From the NCBI GenBank assembly GCA_951406725.2, contig OX597819.1:97650001-97714000 (forward strand): a DNA stretch of 64,000 nucleotides, read 5' to 3'. Source of the DNA: Octopus vulgaris. Its lineage: Eukaryota. A program made the translations under genes and the position numbers. Of the stretch, positions 40,240-54,702 are shown piece by piece. How positions within the stretch are numbered: position 1 is the first letter of the stretch; each line of letters starts with the position of its first letter. The notes under the pieces are model-generated. The model made no database searches and was not told the DNA's origin. It saw nothing but the letters and a program-made list of their open reading frames with translations.

Positions 40240-40435
40240 TATATATGATTGACCGCTAGCTCCTAAAATTTCTTTATTCTCTCTCTGTTTATTTCCTCGC
40301 ATTCCTTTCTGTTGAAGAGCGTAGGCTCGAAACGTAAAAGACTTTCTCACTTTCACGAGCGTTAAACTAATACACCTGTTTGTTGTTTATACACATGTCT
40401 TCGTCTTTTGTTTTTTTGTAAACTTCAACTATATA
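40240..40435 (+). mobile_element. Penelope-like pLTR (its 3' part also at ~35775-35840)
   Basis: Contains a minimal hammerhead; ends at TA repeats. Confidence 0.65.
40305..40340 (+). ncRNA. Minimal type I hammerhead ribozyme motif (A6U variant)
   Basis: CTTT-CTGTTGA-A-GAGC-GTAG-GCTC-GAAAC-GTA-AAAG: stems I and II pair perfectly. Confidence 0.65.
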
Positions 40436-40934
40436 TATTTATGTGTGTGTGTGTATGTACGTGTGTATATGTATATGTGTATGTGTGTGTAAGTTTGCTT
40501 GTAAAACAACCAGCTGGTCATTGATTGACTTTACCGGTGTCCACTCTTTTGTAGGCATTTATACCAGTTCTTTACCCTTAAAAAACCGTCTCCTTGTCAG
40601 TCATCTATCACGGGACCACAATAAAGGTCATGAATTCAACCTCTCTTGACTAACTCACGAATTAAGAGACTTGCATCTGAGCGAAGCGAAGTCAAAATAC
40701 GCAGGTGAAGCATTAACTGTATATCGCAGGTGATAAAAAGATAATAAATCTAAGTTTTCGATTCTGGTATTCAGAAAAAAAGTGGAAGCTGTAATCCGAC
40801 ATTGATAAATAGTATAAAGGTAATTGCAAAGGAACGTAAACGAGGGATGCAGCTTCAATTCTGAATCAGTATTTGCATTTTTGATTACTCCACATGAATA
40901 ATTTTTGAGAGTCGTGTGTTTTCTCATACCATTC

Positions 40935-41752
40935 TTTTATCTTTTGACTGGTTCTGTCATTGGATTGCGACCAATCTGGGGCACCGCCTTGAAGGGTTTA
41001 GTCGAACAAATAGAATCTAATATATAATTTAAAGACTAGTACTTATTCTATCGGCCTCGTTTGACAATGTTAACAAAATAACACTGGTCAAACGGGAGCA
41101 GGTGGAGGTACACACAAACACACAAACACAAAGACACGCGCGCGCGCGCACACACACACATACACACACACGCACACACACACACAACGGAATTCACGTA
41201 GCTTCTGCCAACCAAATTTATTCACAAGGTAATTGGATGGCCCGGGGCTATGATTGAAGACACCTGACCAAGGTACCACGCAATAGGACTGAACTTGAAA
41301 ACATGTGGCTGCAAAGCAAGCTTCTTAACCACACAGCCAAGTGTTTCTCTTTTACTTATTTCAGTCATTTGACTGTGGCCATGCTGGAGCACCGCCTTTA
41401 GTCGACAAATCGACCCTAGGACTCAATCTTTGTAAGCCTAGTACTTATTCTACCGGTCTCTTTGGCCGAACCGCTAAGTTACGGGAACGTAAACACACCA
41501 GCATCCGTTGTCAAGCGATGTTGGGGGGACAAACACAGAAACACAAACATATACACACACATACACACACACATATATATATACATATACGACGGGCATC
41601 TTTCAGTTTCCATCTACCAAATCCACTCACAAGGCTTTGGTCGGCTCGAGGCTATAGTAGAAGACACTTGCCCAAGGTGCCACGCAGTGGAACTGAACCC
41701 GGAACCATGTGGTTCGTTAGCAAGCTACTTACCACACAGCCGCTCCTACGCC
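40935..41752 (-). mobile_element. Two tandem SINE family B copies (older 40935-41340, younger 41345-41752)
   Basis: Family B colinearity occurs twice. Confidence 0.88.
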
Positions 41753-42139
41753 TACGTTTCGTTCATAAATATAATCTAGAAAATATAGTCTTAAAATTAA
41801 TTTAAAGATGGTCTTTTTTCCATCATCATTTTCGAAGGTTTTTTTAAAGTTAGCGCCATTAATAGCCGATAGCAGTGATATTGGAATATCTGTTGTCAAG
41901 TTAAGAGAGCAGCATGTGGCATATTGTTTGGCCCCAGGATAATGGCGATCTGTCAGCTCTATCAAAAATGACATCTGAATCGTATCTGATACGACACTTA
42001 GGCATATTTATTAGTACATTATATTATGCCAAGAATAAGCGAAAGCGTTTCCTGTAAAAATTAAATGCAGGTTTGCGATGTAAAAAGAGTAATGGTTTTT
42101 ATGTCTATTTCAGTTACTTTAAACAAATGAACATGCTTC

Positions 42140-42258
42140 AAACATACATATACACATACATACATACATACCTACATACATACATACATACATACATACA
42201 TACATACATACATACATGCATTTCTCTCTCTTTCTCTCACCCTCCCTCCCTCCGTCCC

Positions 42259-42295
<37 letters not shown>

Positions 42296-42595
42296 ATGTA
42301 TGTGTGTGTGTGCGTCTATGTGTGTGTGTGTGTGTGTAGAACACGCAGAGTGACCATTCGTTTTGCACGTTTTGCACCTATAAAAGCGCTTAGCTGTATA
42401 GGCCACTTGTCAGACTCAATTATATATATGTTTGCTTACAAATATAGATCACGCCTATGCATGCATACATGTATGTATGTATGTATGTATGTATGTATGT
42501 ATGTATGTATGTATGTATGTATGTATGTATGTATGTATGTATGTATGTATGTATGTATGTATGTATGTATGTATGTATGCATGCATGCATGTATG

Positions 42596-42629
<34 letters not shown>

Positions 42630-42691
42630 TGTATGTATGTATGTATGTTTGTATGCAGGCACGTACGTATGTATGTATATATGTATGTATG

Positions 42692-42733
<42 letters not shown>

Positions 42734-43032
42734 TGTAAAAGTAAAAAAATACACAAACTGGGACAAGAACGTGAAACATTTAGAAGACGACACAAAAAAC
42801 ACGGACGGGACTTTCGAAGCTCTCAGTCATCAGTCAAGAACCGGATCATCTTCGCAGCGTGTGTGTATATATATATAAATACACATATATATATACATAT
42901 ATGTATATATACACATACATATATATAAGTATGCATATATATGTGTGGGTATATAAATATATATACACACACATATACACATATACATACATATATGCAT
43001 ATATACATATATATTTAAGTATGTATGAATAT

Positions 43033-43102
<70 letters not shown>

Positions 43103-43277
43103 CATACTATATATATAGTATTAATAAGGATAAGGAGAACGGAGACGTTCATGAACTATAATTATATTAAACAGTTATTTACAGCCAGAGGAAACACGGT
43201 AATCGCCCGGATTATACAGTCCTTTAAACTTATATATACATACATACATGCATCCATCCATACATACACACATACAT

Positions 43278-43308
<31 letters not shown>

Positions 43309-43386
43309 ACTTGGAGATGGATACGTAGCGTTCGACCAAATAATAGTATAAATCATATATATGTATATATATATATATATATGTAT

Positions 43387-43419
<33 letters not shown>

Positions 43420-43523
43420 CATATATACATGTATATATATACTTATATATATGCATATATATATACATGTATTTATACACGTATACATACATGTATATAT
43501 ATGTATATATATATGTATGTATG

Positions 43524-43580
<57 letters not shown>

Positions 43581-43920
43581 TTTCAATCGCTTCCTTTAAA
43601 GTATTTTAACTATATTTTATACCTTCATGGTACTCCTTTATATGTTTTTTTAAATTTTTTATGTTTATATTCTTATACTTCTATATCCTTATCATGTATG
43701 TCATAATATAAATATGTGGTTATTTCAATGGAATAATATCTCATGCCATACATCTGAATTATGAATTTGCTTATCTAAATGTTTAAGACAAATATCTGAA
43801 ATTTTAATCTTATACCAAATTTTGTTAAATTTTAAAATAAAATTTTATCAATATTTACCTCATATACGACCGAAAAAACAGTTGAACTATATATTGGAGC
43901 TTTATCACCATTTAAAATCT

Positions 43921-44009
<89 letters not shown>

Positions 44010-44464
44010 GGAGAGGGAGAGAAGGAGGGAGAGATAGGACAAAGAGCAACAAATGTACGTGTATATATCTATGCATTTGTCCGTGCGTATACAGATATAT
44101 GTATATATCTACACATATATTACAACAAACAGACACATATATGCACGCATAATATTTGCATATGTGTATTTTTCTTCATGTATGTATGAAAGCAAGCGTA
44201 TGTGGTTGCATGTATGTATGTATGTATGTATGTATGTTCATGTGTGTATGAATGTATGAATGTATGTCTGTCTGTACGTATGAATGCATGTCTGTGTATG
44301 TATATGTATAGCTATGTATGAGTGTATGAATGTGTGCGTGTGTGCATATATATATATATATATAGATGTATATATGTATGTATGTATGTATTTACTTGTG
44401 CCTGTATATATGTACATATGTTGGTATATATATATATGTATTTATGTGTATATACATACATACA

Positions 44465-44540
<76 letters not shown>

Positions 44541-44813
44541 TACATGTATGTATGTATGTATGTATGCATGTATAGAGTGTTAGATGTGATGTACAGAATT
44601 GAATACTGAGAAATAAAAGTTGTCAGAATTTTGGAAAAAAATATCCTTTTATTTCTTCATTATTATTAGCACTTTCGTTCCTCTCTAGAACTTTAGAACT
44701 TGTATTTGACAAGTTCTAGCGAGGAAAGAAAGCGATCGTAATAATGAAGAAATAAAATAGTGTATGTGTGTGTGTATTTATATGTATACATACATACATA
44801 CATAAATACATAC

Positions 44814-44895
<82 letters not shown>

Positions 44896-45170
44896 TTATA
44901 TATATGTATTTATATGTATGTACGTATGTATGTGTGTATATATAAGTTGTTTTGCACATGTATGTATATAAGTATTTGTATGCCTTAATGAATAATATAT
45001 ACATGATATATTGACAAAACGACAGACATCTAAATGCAGATGGAAAGATAGATAAATAGATGAATGAGTAGATGCGCGCGTGCATGTGTGTGTGTATGTG
45101 TGTATGTGTGTGTGTATAAAGATAGATAGATAGATAGATAGATAGAGAGGGAGAGATAGAGAGAGAGAGA
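42140..45170. repeat. ~3-kb block of (TATG)n, (TA)n, (GA)n and (GATA)n with embedded small TE pieces
   Basis: Direct reading. Confidence 0.95.
42735..42860 (-). mobile_element. Penelope-like pLTR fragment
   Basis: Minus strand CTGATGA...GAAAGTC within (TA)n; stems poor. Confidence 0.4.
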
Positions 45171-45692
45171 TATGGTAGCGGTTACGTATTGTGTGATGTC
45201 GGGATGTTAGTGTCAAGTTTAACCCTGAACTCATTTAAACTATAATTAACCGAATCATTAGATAATATTACAAGGGAGTACATTGTGATATTGTTTCACC
45301 ACTCCCCTAGATAGGGTTATTAATGTCTCATGAGTGCGCACGCATACTCACACACTCGGACATATACATATTCACAAACATTAATGTCTAGTGATATATA
45401 TAGGCCTACACACATGTGTATATGTATGTGCGTGTATGTGTGTGTGCACGCGAATGTTTATGTATATATGTATGTGTCCTAGGTGAGTGCAACAAAGTTT
45501 GTACTCATATGCAGTGTTGCTTAAGCTTTGTGCATTTGTGTATATGAACCTGAATGACTCTATGTAATTATATTTGAGTCAGTATTTGCATTCAATTAAT
45601 AACATAACATACACTATAAAGTCTTTAAATATCTTTTGAGGGCAAAGTTATAGATGTATCTATGTGTTCATGTTTATACGTTATATTATTTG

Positions 45693-45965
45693 TTCCTTCT
45701 CGAGCTATGCCTGGGTCATAGGGCCGGTTTCCCGGTTTCCTTGGCGTATAGGTCCCCCACCGGGACGGGACGCCAGTCCGTCGCCGGTGAACTGCAAGAT
45801 ACAGGAGGAAAGAGTGAGAGAAAGTTGTGGCGAAAGAGTCATCAGAAGTTCGCCATTATCTTCTACCGGAGCCGCGTGGAGCTTAGGTGTTCCTGGTCTG
45901 AGATTCGAACCCGTGATCCCTCGACTGCGAGTCCACTGCTCTAACCACTAGGCCATGTGCCTCCA
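45693..45965 (-). mobile_element. tRNA-derived SINE with V-domain-like 3' region
   Basis: Minus strand GGAGGCACATGGCCTAGTGGTTAGAGC...GGTTCGAATCTC; GACGGACTGGCGTCCCGTCC...GGAAACCGGGAAACCGG. Confidence 0.8.
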
Positions 45966-46402
45966 CTTACACATACAAATTTGCGCGCTGAAGCTCGCGT
46001 GCCCACTAAAGTATGTTTGTAGTATTCACTGAAATACTAAGGGAATTAATCGAATGTCTAAAATTTTTCTGTTTCAAAAGTCCATTTCCAGGACATTCTC
46101 GAACAGTGATTCTCAACACGATCCTTTGTGGTCAAAATTTAGGTTCAATAAATTGGTTATATTTCAAACAATACACAAAATATTTTAGCAATTTTTTTTC
46201 ATACAATTCCTAATAATATTCAACTATAAAAATACAAAAGAATTTATTTAAGCATTGAATGGGTGTGAGAGGCCATCCGAATAAAACAGAAATCAAAGAG
46301 GTCAATAAGCAATAAATGGCTGAGCACCACTGCCTTGAGTAAATCCAGTGATATTCTCAGGAATATTTCAGAGCTAGAAGCTTTGAGTATGAAAAGTCCT
46401 TT

Positions 46403-46720
46403 TCTTATTTCTTTACTGCCCACAAGGGGCTACACAGAGGGGACAAACAAGGACAGACAAACGGATTAAGTCGATTATATTGACTTCAGAGCGTGACTGG
46501 TACTTATTTAATAGACCCCGAAAGAATGAAAGGCAAAGTCGACCTCAGAGATATCGTGTCACTACTTCCCTGGATAGGGTTACTAATGTGTCATGTGTAC
46601 ACACGCATACTCACACACACGGACACATACATATTCACAAACATTAATATCACAAACATCAATTTGAACTCAGAACGCTAAGCATTTCGCCCGGCGTGCT
46701 AACGTTTCTGACAGCTCGCC
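46403..46720 (-). mobile_element. SINE family A (tail type 1) split by a ~110-bp insert
   Basis: GTCGACCTC | insert | AATTTGAACTCAGAAC. Confidence 0.85.
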
Positions 46721-46853
46721 TTGCGTATGAATAGTCCTTTTCTATGAAATTCCAGAGCCTTGTTCTAGAATCTTGTGGCATTCTCTGCTATACTTGTAAT
46801 TCGTTTCAAGTATTGAGTTTTCTTTCATCTGTTTATTTAGCTAAACATACAAA

Positions 46854-48066
46854 CAGGGATTGGACAAATTAATGGAAACAACTTAAAATTTCAAACAAAT
46901 TTATTCTAAAATGGGGTAGGACTGCCTTTGGCAGTAATCCAAAGGGACTTTGTCCATTCTTCAGCTAAAACTGTCTTCAGTTCTTGTAGTGATGATGGTG
47001 TAGGATATCGACTCCTTACTTGTTTTTCTAAAATGCACCATAAATGTTCAATAATTTTGAGGTCTGGGGACTATGGTGGCCAGATAAGATGTTCAACTTC
47101 ACTAGAATGTTCCTCGTGCCATTCAGTAACAATATTAGCTGTGTGAATTGGTGCAATATCATCCTGAAAGATTGCGTTTCCCTCCGGAAACAGTTCTGCA
47201 ACCATAGAATGAATTCGATAAGATAAAATGCTTAAATAGTCTTGACTCTTAATTCTGCCATGAAGGGAAACCATTGGGCCGAAAGATTTCCAAGATATAG
47301 CCCCACAGATCCTCCTCCATGTTTAACAGTTGGAAGAAGGCAGTCTGGGTCAAATGTTTCTTTTGGCTGCCTCCAAATGTATACTCAGCCGGTGGTCGGA
47401 AATAAAGTAAAGGATGACTCGTCTGAGAAAATAACATTCTTCCACTGCTCTGGGGACCAATTCTGTAGGTTTTTACTCCACTCTATACGCTTTGCAACGT
47501 TTGTTCTTGAAAATAGTGGTTTTCTGATCGCAACCCTCCCGTGAAATCCGGCTTTGTGCAGCTCCCGGCGAAAAGTTTTTGTGGAAACTGAGTTCTCGAG
47601 GTGATCATTAAGCTCTGCAGTAAATTTTGGGAGCTGTACTTTTGTGATCCTTTCTAACAATTCGCGTAAGAGTCCGACGGTCCCTATCTGTAAATTTTGG
47701 TTTTCTTCCGGAGTTTTGTTTCGACGAGGAGGTTTTTCCCTCTTTCTCAAAGGCTGTCATTACTTTCGATACAGTACTTCTTGATACACCAAACATTTCG
47801 GCTGTTCTCGTTACGCTAGCGCCTGTCATACGAGCACCAACAATTTGCCCTCTTTGAAAGTCCGATAAATTTGTCATTGAATTTTAATTACCCTTTCCTG
47901 ATGATATCTGAAAAGAAACAGCAATTTTAGCAAAACATACTAAGCAACACTAATAATAAATAAAAAAACATAAAAAAAACAAGCTTTTGACGGTTTTATA
48001 GATATTTCAAAATTATGATGCCATTATAGAACAAAATTATATTTCCATTATTTTGTTCAACCCCTG
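46854..48066 (-). mobile_element. Full-length Tc1/mariner transposon, DD36E (Incomer-type), inactivated
   Basis: TIRs CAGGGATTGGACAAATTAATGGAAA / TTTCCATTATTTTGTTCAACCCCTG followed by TA; 1213 bp. Confidence 0.92.
46905..47877 (-). pseudogene. Tc1-family transposase pseudogene
   Basis: MTNLSDFQRGQIVGAR HTH, SGRKPK, IFSDES, FQDDIAPIH, WPP*SPDLKIIEHLW; frameshifts and stop. Confidence 0.92.
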
Positions 48067-48199
48067 TACATACATACATACATACCCGTACATGGATACA
48101 CAGTGACCCACTCATACTCACATACGTAACTATACACCCACCTGCGTGCGTGCACTTTCTCTAACCTCTCCTCAACACACAACACTCAGACACTCACAA

Positions 48200-48314
<115 letters not shown>

Positions 48315-48353
48315 GTATGTTTGCATATAGGCATGTATGTGTTTATGTATATG

Positions 48354-48393
<40 letters not shown>

Positions 48394-48439
48394 CATACAT
48401 ATATGTAAATATCTATACACACACACATATGTATTGTTT

Positions 48440-48650
48440 TTAAATTTTGGTGCAACGCTAGTAATATCGGGTGAGCTGGTTAAATCAATTACATCGACCC
48501 TGGTGCTCAACTGTTACTTATTTTATCGACCCCAAAAGCATAAAAGGTAAAGTCGGCCTCAGCCAAATTTGAACTTAAAACGTAAAGACGGGCGAAATGC
48601 CGCAAAATATTTTGCCCTGCGTGCAAACGATTCTGCCTGCTCACTGCCCT
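48440..48650 (-). mobile_element. SINE family A
   Basis: Family A body. Confidence 0.8.
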
Positions 48651-49011
48651 GACATATGTATAGTGAAAGATTTTAGTCGAGCACATTGCCCCAGCTCTTT
48701 TAAATTTGTTAATAGATACTTATTCTATTGGTTTCTTTTTAACAAGTCCCTCTCTTCGCGCGCGCACCTGTTTGTATTTAAAAATATTTTCAAAAAATAC
48801 CTAAATACCATCCAATATTCAAAGAAATAGTTTTGTAAAAGTTATTAATTATTAAAGAAAAAATATTATTTGAGAAACAAAATCACAACCTCTTGAGGAA
48901 AAAGTTTTTGTATAGTGTGTATGTTGTGTATAAGCGCTTTCTTGTTGAAAAATAATTATTCTGAATAGTTAAAAACAATCTTTGTTTGTTTCTTTGTGTA
49001 TACACACTCAC

Positions 49012-49061
<50 letters not shown>

Positions 49062-49297
49062 ATGTGTGTGTGTATGTGTATAAATATAATGTGTTCTGTC
49101 TGTCCACTTATTTATATACCTATTTACTTTTATATCGACTTATATATCTATATACCTTTTATATCCCTAAATCTTTCACGTAAATTAAACCTCCTCATAC
49201 CTCAAACTATCTTGCTTTATTTTATTTTAAATTATTTTATTTCACCTTCTTCTTTTACCTTCCTGACTTCTCCCACTTGTGGTATTACTCTGTTATC

Positions 49298-49353
<56 letters not shown>

Positions 49354-49366
49354 GTAGGTAGTTGGA

Positions 49367-49394
<28 letters not shown>

Positions 49395-49411
<17 letters not shown>

Positions 49412-49700
49412 TCACGGCCCAATCTGTGCTTGCGATGTTCACTTCGCAGCTACGATGTCCGGCGTTCAATCACACCTTGTTGCATCATCGACAAATACCA
49501 TATTCTATAGCTTCGGTTCGACCCTGTTACCTTGTGAGTGACTTTGGCTAGACTTTAACAGTATAGAAGCTCTTCGAGTGGATTATGCCCGGAATTCAAA
49601 AGACAAGACTTATCATACACACTATCACGCTGGTACAATATGAGAATTACGTTAAGGGCCCATATCTTGTGAATACTCACTCACTTACACATTAATGTTT
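49395..49700 (+). mobile_element. Old SINE, B-like body with D-like tail
   Basis: TTCTATAGCTTCGGTTCGACC...CCTTGTGAGTGA; GAGAATTACGTTAAGGG...AATACTCACTCACTTACAC. Confidence 0.55.
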
Positions 49701-49771
49701 AGAATCATTTATCAATTCATGTACATACGCACGCACGCGCGCGCTGACATACTAACAACCGCACGTACGAA

Positions 49772-49810
<39 letters not shown>

Positions 49811-50504
49811 TTAATGTTTAATTTTATCTAATACAGTTGAGCATACAATTAAACGGTGGCTCCATTCTTTTTACAAGAGCACAGGCAGAGGCGCCGTCAA
49901 ATTCTAAAGTTAGTAGGAGCGAACATAAACAAATGGCGCCGTGACACATACCAAACATTTTTTCACTCATTTGTCTTATATTACGCGAAATATTTCATTA
50001 GTTAAAATATAATTAATTGTATTCTGTATTCATTAATTTCATGTTTGAGCAACAATATCATTATGAATGAAACTTACAACTATTGATAGAAGTAACTAAA
50101 GAGTTTTAAAAAATTATTGAAAAGGGTCCAATTTTGAAAAATGTGCTCAGAGAGAGGGGCTGCTTGGCTTGTTCGTCTTGTTCCCTTGTTAGGTACACCA
50201 CGGAGTACTGTATTTATATAATTTATTACGTATATATATTTACAAGGCTGATAGTAATTTCAAAGTTTTTGTTTACGATACGACAGCAGATATTTAGGCG
50301 ACGGCTTGTTGACTGAAATTTCGAAGTCACTGTTAACCTTTCCCTTGCCAAAGTTTATACTACATATGTATGTGTGTGTGTGCTTATATATATATATATA
50401 TATACGCATATATACGTATATAATATGTTTATGTATGTATATATGTATATATGTTTGCATGCACACACACACACAGACTTGCGCGCACGAACGTACCCAC
50501 ACAC

Positions 50505-50765
50505 CTCCTTCTCTTACTCTCTCCTGTCGTAGAAATAATTTTTTCTTCACCCATTCACTTCCGGTCATTTCAAAATGTAACCACAAGTGAATCGTTGGCG
50601 ATTTTCTTCCTCCGTCTTCCCTTCTATTTTCCTCTGTTTCCGAAGAAGAGCGTCTGCTCAAAACGTTAAACCATCTTTCTTTCCCTGAGTGTCTGCTAAT
50701 ACATTATATGTACACGTCCTAGCGTTGTTGTGTTTTTGTGTTTGTTCTTTTTGAGATTTACTGTA
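50505..50765 (+). mobile_element. Penelope-like pLTR with degenerate minimal hammerhead at 50636-50671
   Basis: GTTT-CCGAAGA-A-GAGC-GTCT-GCTC-AAAAC-GTT-AAAC; followed by (TA)n. Confidence 0.65.
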
Positions 50766-50769
50766 TATG

Positions 50770-50849
<80 letters not shown>

Positions 50850-51216
50850 AAGACAGTTAGAGGTTATACACACACACACACACACACATACACACTCACA
50901 CTCACACACACGTATATGTACATATATACTTATGCATACATGTGTGTGTATATATATGTTTATGGGTGTGTGTGTATGTATATATATAAAATATATTTGC
51001 TTCTAATTTAGGCACAAGACAAGAGATGCGAGTAAAGGGGCTAGACGATACAAATGACCCATTGGTGTACTTGTGAGGGTGTGTGAAGCCTTGCGAGGCT
51101 GTGCGAAGTACACACAACTTGAGAATTATATTGAGGATATACGTTTCTGCAATACTCAATCACTTCGTCCAAAATACTTGAAAAAGTGCACAGAAAGCGA
51201 CAGTAAAGTCCATGTG

Positions 51217-51276
<60 letters not shown>

Positions 51277-51439
51277 TACATATATATATGTATATATATA
51301 TATATATACTGACATACTGACGGATACATGCACGGTGGCGCTTTATGTACCTACATACACGCACACACTCACACACATATTAGCAAAGAATAAAATACAC
51401 TTACACAAGAACATATCCGTATATACATACATACATACA

Positions 51440-51501
<62 letters not shown>

Positions 51502-51503
51502 CA

Positions 51504-51539
<36 letters not shown>

Positions 51540-51624
51540 TATATAATTTTTGGCTGCTATTTCTGATAAGTTCGGTGTGTGGTAAAGTGAATTTTTTACT
51601 TTACCGTATTTTTATAAATTAATA

Positions 51625-51668
<44 letters not shown>

Positions 51669-51671
<3 letters not shown>

Positions 51672-52072
51672 AGTGGCTATGTGGTAAGTAGCTTGCTAAC
51701 CAACCACATGGTTCCGGGTTCAGTCCCACTGCGTGGCATCTTGGGCAAGTGTCTTCTGCTATAGCTTCGGTCCGACCAAAGCCTTGTGAGTAGATTTGGT
51801 AGACAGAAACTGAAAGAAGCCTGTCGTATATATGTATATATATATGTATGTGTGTGTATATGTTTGTGTGTCTGTGTTTGTCCTCCTAGCATTGCTTGAC
51901 AATCGATGCTGGTGTGTTTACATCCCCGTCACTTAGCGGTTCGGCAAAAGAGACCGATAGAATAAGTACTGGGCTTACAAAGAATAAGTCCCGGGGTCGA
52001 TTTGCTCGACTAAAGGCGGTGCTCCAGCATGGCCACAGTCAAATGACTGAAACAAGTAAAAGAGTAAAAGAG
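51669..52072 (+). mobile_element. SINE family B inserted in (TA)n
   Basis: GGAGTGGCTATGTGG...GTAAAAGAGTAAAAGAG with (TA)n on both sides. Confidence 0.92.
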
Positions 52073-52156
<84 letters not shown>

Positions 52157-52425
52157 GAGTGAGAGAGAGTGAGAAAGAGAAGGAGGGAGAGAGAGAGGGA
52201 GAGAAAAAGAGGGAGTGAGACAAATGCAGGCAAGTACCAAGTTACTGCTAACCCATGTTTTTGGATTTCCCGCTTACGGAAATTGAAAAATACCATCAAT
52301 AATTTCATTATATTGTTTATAATTTCGGAAGCTTGGGTAAATTTTAAGATCAAAATTGAAGTTGTTAATTTAAATATATATAATCACAAGATGAACTTTT
52401 GTATGTGTTTGTGTGTGTGTGTGTG

Positions 52426-52470
<45 letters not shown>

Positions 52471-52739
52471 ATGCGTGCGTGTTTCTGTGTATGTGTGAGT
52501 GTGTGTACGTATGTGAATATGTATGTGTGTGTGTATGTTAATATGTATGTGTGTGTTTCTCTGTCTGTGTGTGTGTCGTATGTGTGCAAGAATTTCTCCT
52601 TACCTCACTAAAAACACTCAATGCCTGGATAAGTTTTTTGTGAATATTTGTTTTGTTTTGGTTTCAGTAACTCTCTCTCTCACCTACTCTCTCTCTCTAG
52701 GTTTCATTTCCTCTATTCATCTACTTTCTGTGTTACTAC

Positions 52740-54605
52740 CTGTGAATTATTCTCCACAAGTTGTCATGTGTTTTCATGTATTCTTTCTGTGCCAGCATAC
52801 TAGTTTCACTAACTAAATGAGTAACACTTTCTTCTTTTGATTTACATAGCCTACATTGAGCATCTATCTGATTTTTATCTATCTTGGCTTTTATCTAGTT
52901 AGTCCTCAATGCTTGATCCTGCGCTGTTACTAACATATTTTCTGCCTACTTTTTCAGCTTTCCTTTCTGCAACCATAACCATTTCTCTCTATTCCTATTT
53001 TCTGTAACTCTATCATTGGAAATCTAACATGCAAAGCCTTCTCTTGTCAGGGAGAGACATTTTCTTCTTTTTTCTTTTATTTCTGGTTTCTAACTAGGTT
53101 TGGCTATTGGTTTCTCTATCTCCTACTGTTACTCTAGCAGCTCTCAATAAAATTTCATCACTATTACCTCAATAGGAGACTGTATCTACTTTAGCTAACT
53201 CCATATAGTCTTCTGCTGACATTAAATCTCTACCACCTACCTTTCTAAGTAAATATAATCTGGCTACTCCTGTTCTAGGATGAAGTCCACCATTCATTTT
53301 GAATTCTTTCCTAGATTTTCTACCTAGGTTTGCTAATTCAGATTTTGCTCAGTCTACAAAAGTTGCTGAATACCTAAGTAATGACACTGCCCAAGAATTT
53401 ACAGTCTTCACTAGATTTTAATCATTTAGTTTTGACTTCATTAACTTACTTAGCCTTCTAATGTACTCCTTTTCGACTTTCTCTTTCATTTCTATAGTTA
53501 GTACTCTGTCTGATTCCATTACTCCTAGATACTTATAACGTTCTCCTTCTTTCAATGATTTTAATGTTTGGCCATCTGACAACTGAATGCCTATACTGCT
53601 AACCATCTGTCTCTTCTTTATGATTAATATTGTACAGTTATCAATGCCAAAGTCCATACTTATATCTTTGCTGAAAAGTCTTATAGTTTGTATTAAAGAA
53701 TTTATCTCTTTTTCATTCTTATAAAAATATTCAAATCATCCATGTAAAGCAAATGATTAATTTTTTCTTTGCTATGTCAAACTGATACCTTGCATTCGTC
53801 TTTCTTAATAGTAAACGGAGTGAGATTAAACATAACACGAATATTAAAGGAGATAACGAAGTCTCGCTGGAAAATTTGTCTCTTGATATTAACTTTCCCT
53901 GAAGCTGTATTACTTGAGTAATACAGCTTTTCATTTCTTCATGCTATAGCTAATTAAATCTCTTATATATACTCAAACATTCCTTTATATACTCAAACAT
54001 TCCTTTGTCTAAGACCGTTGAATCATGTCATTGGTTTTCTTATAATATATCTATGCCATTGTTAAATTTTTCTTTCTAAATTTTACTTCCTTTAGAAGTG
54101 ATTTTTCTATGTATAATAAGCCATGCATTCCTTTAGCTTTCTTCCTGCGACCTTTCTGTTCTTCTAATAATAAATTCTGGCTGTGAAGGTGCTTATAAAT
54201 GCTTTCTGAGAGCATCCCTGTTAATAACTTTCACACTAATGGTAAGCAAGTCTATAACTACTAGCTGTATCGCCCTTGCTTTTGTCTTTCATAAGGAGTG
54301 CTGTTTTCCTTCCAGTCATTCAGTTAGCTATGACTCTTCCATTCAGGCAATCCTGAAGCTGTTTTCTGTCTTCCATGTAAGTTTCTAAATTTCTTCAGTC
54401 GATACCCTAGAACTAAAATCTAGTCCTGGGCCCTTCTAATTCGGCATTCTTCCTAAAACTTTACTCCTTAATGCACTAGTTAGTTTTAGATCTTGTTGCT
54501 TCTCACTAACTACTTTTCCTCCTCTTCTTTAATCATGCTTCATCCTCATTATGATTAACTGGCTTATCTTAAATATCATTCCAGAACTTTCTAACTCCTT
54601 CTGCA
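52740..54605 (-). pseudogene. Degenerate R4/Dong reverse transcriptase region starting at (AAT)n
   Basis: EEQKGRRK; SLSPLIFVLCL; HLLYMDDL; MDFGIDNC; YKYLGVMES; VNSWAVSLLRYSA; LHPRTGVARLYL; ESVTHLVS...LAQKEY...HDN. Confidence 0.9.
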
Positions 54606-54697
<92 letters not shown>

Positions 54698-54702
54698 ATT
54701 AT

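Noticed and set aside
41341-41805. Recurrent peptide [40 protein letters not shown], suggesting a gene family
   Set aside because: It is the antisense reading of SINE family B and appears wherever that SINE occurs
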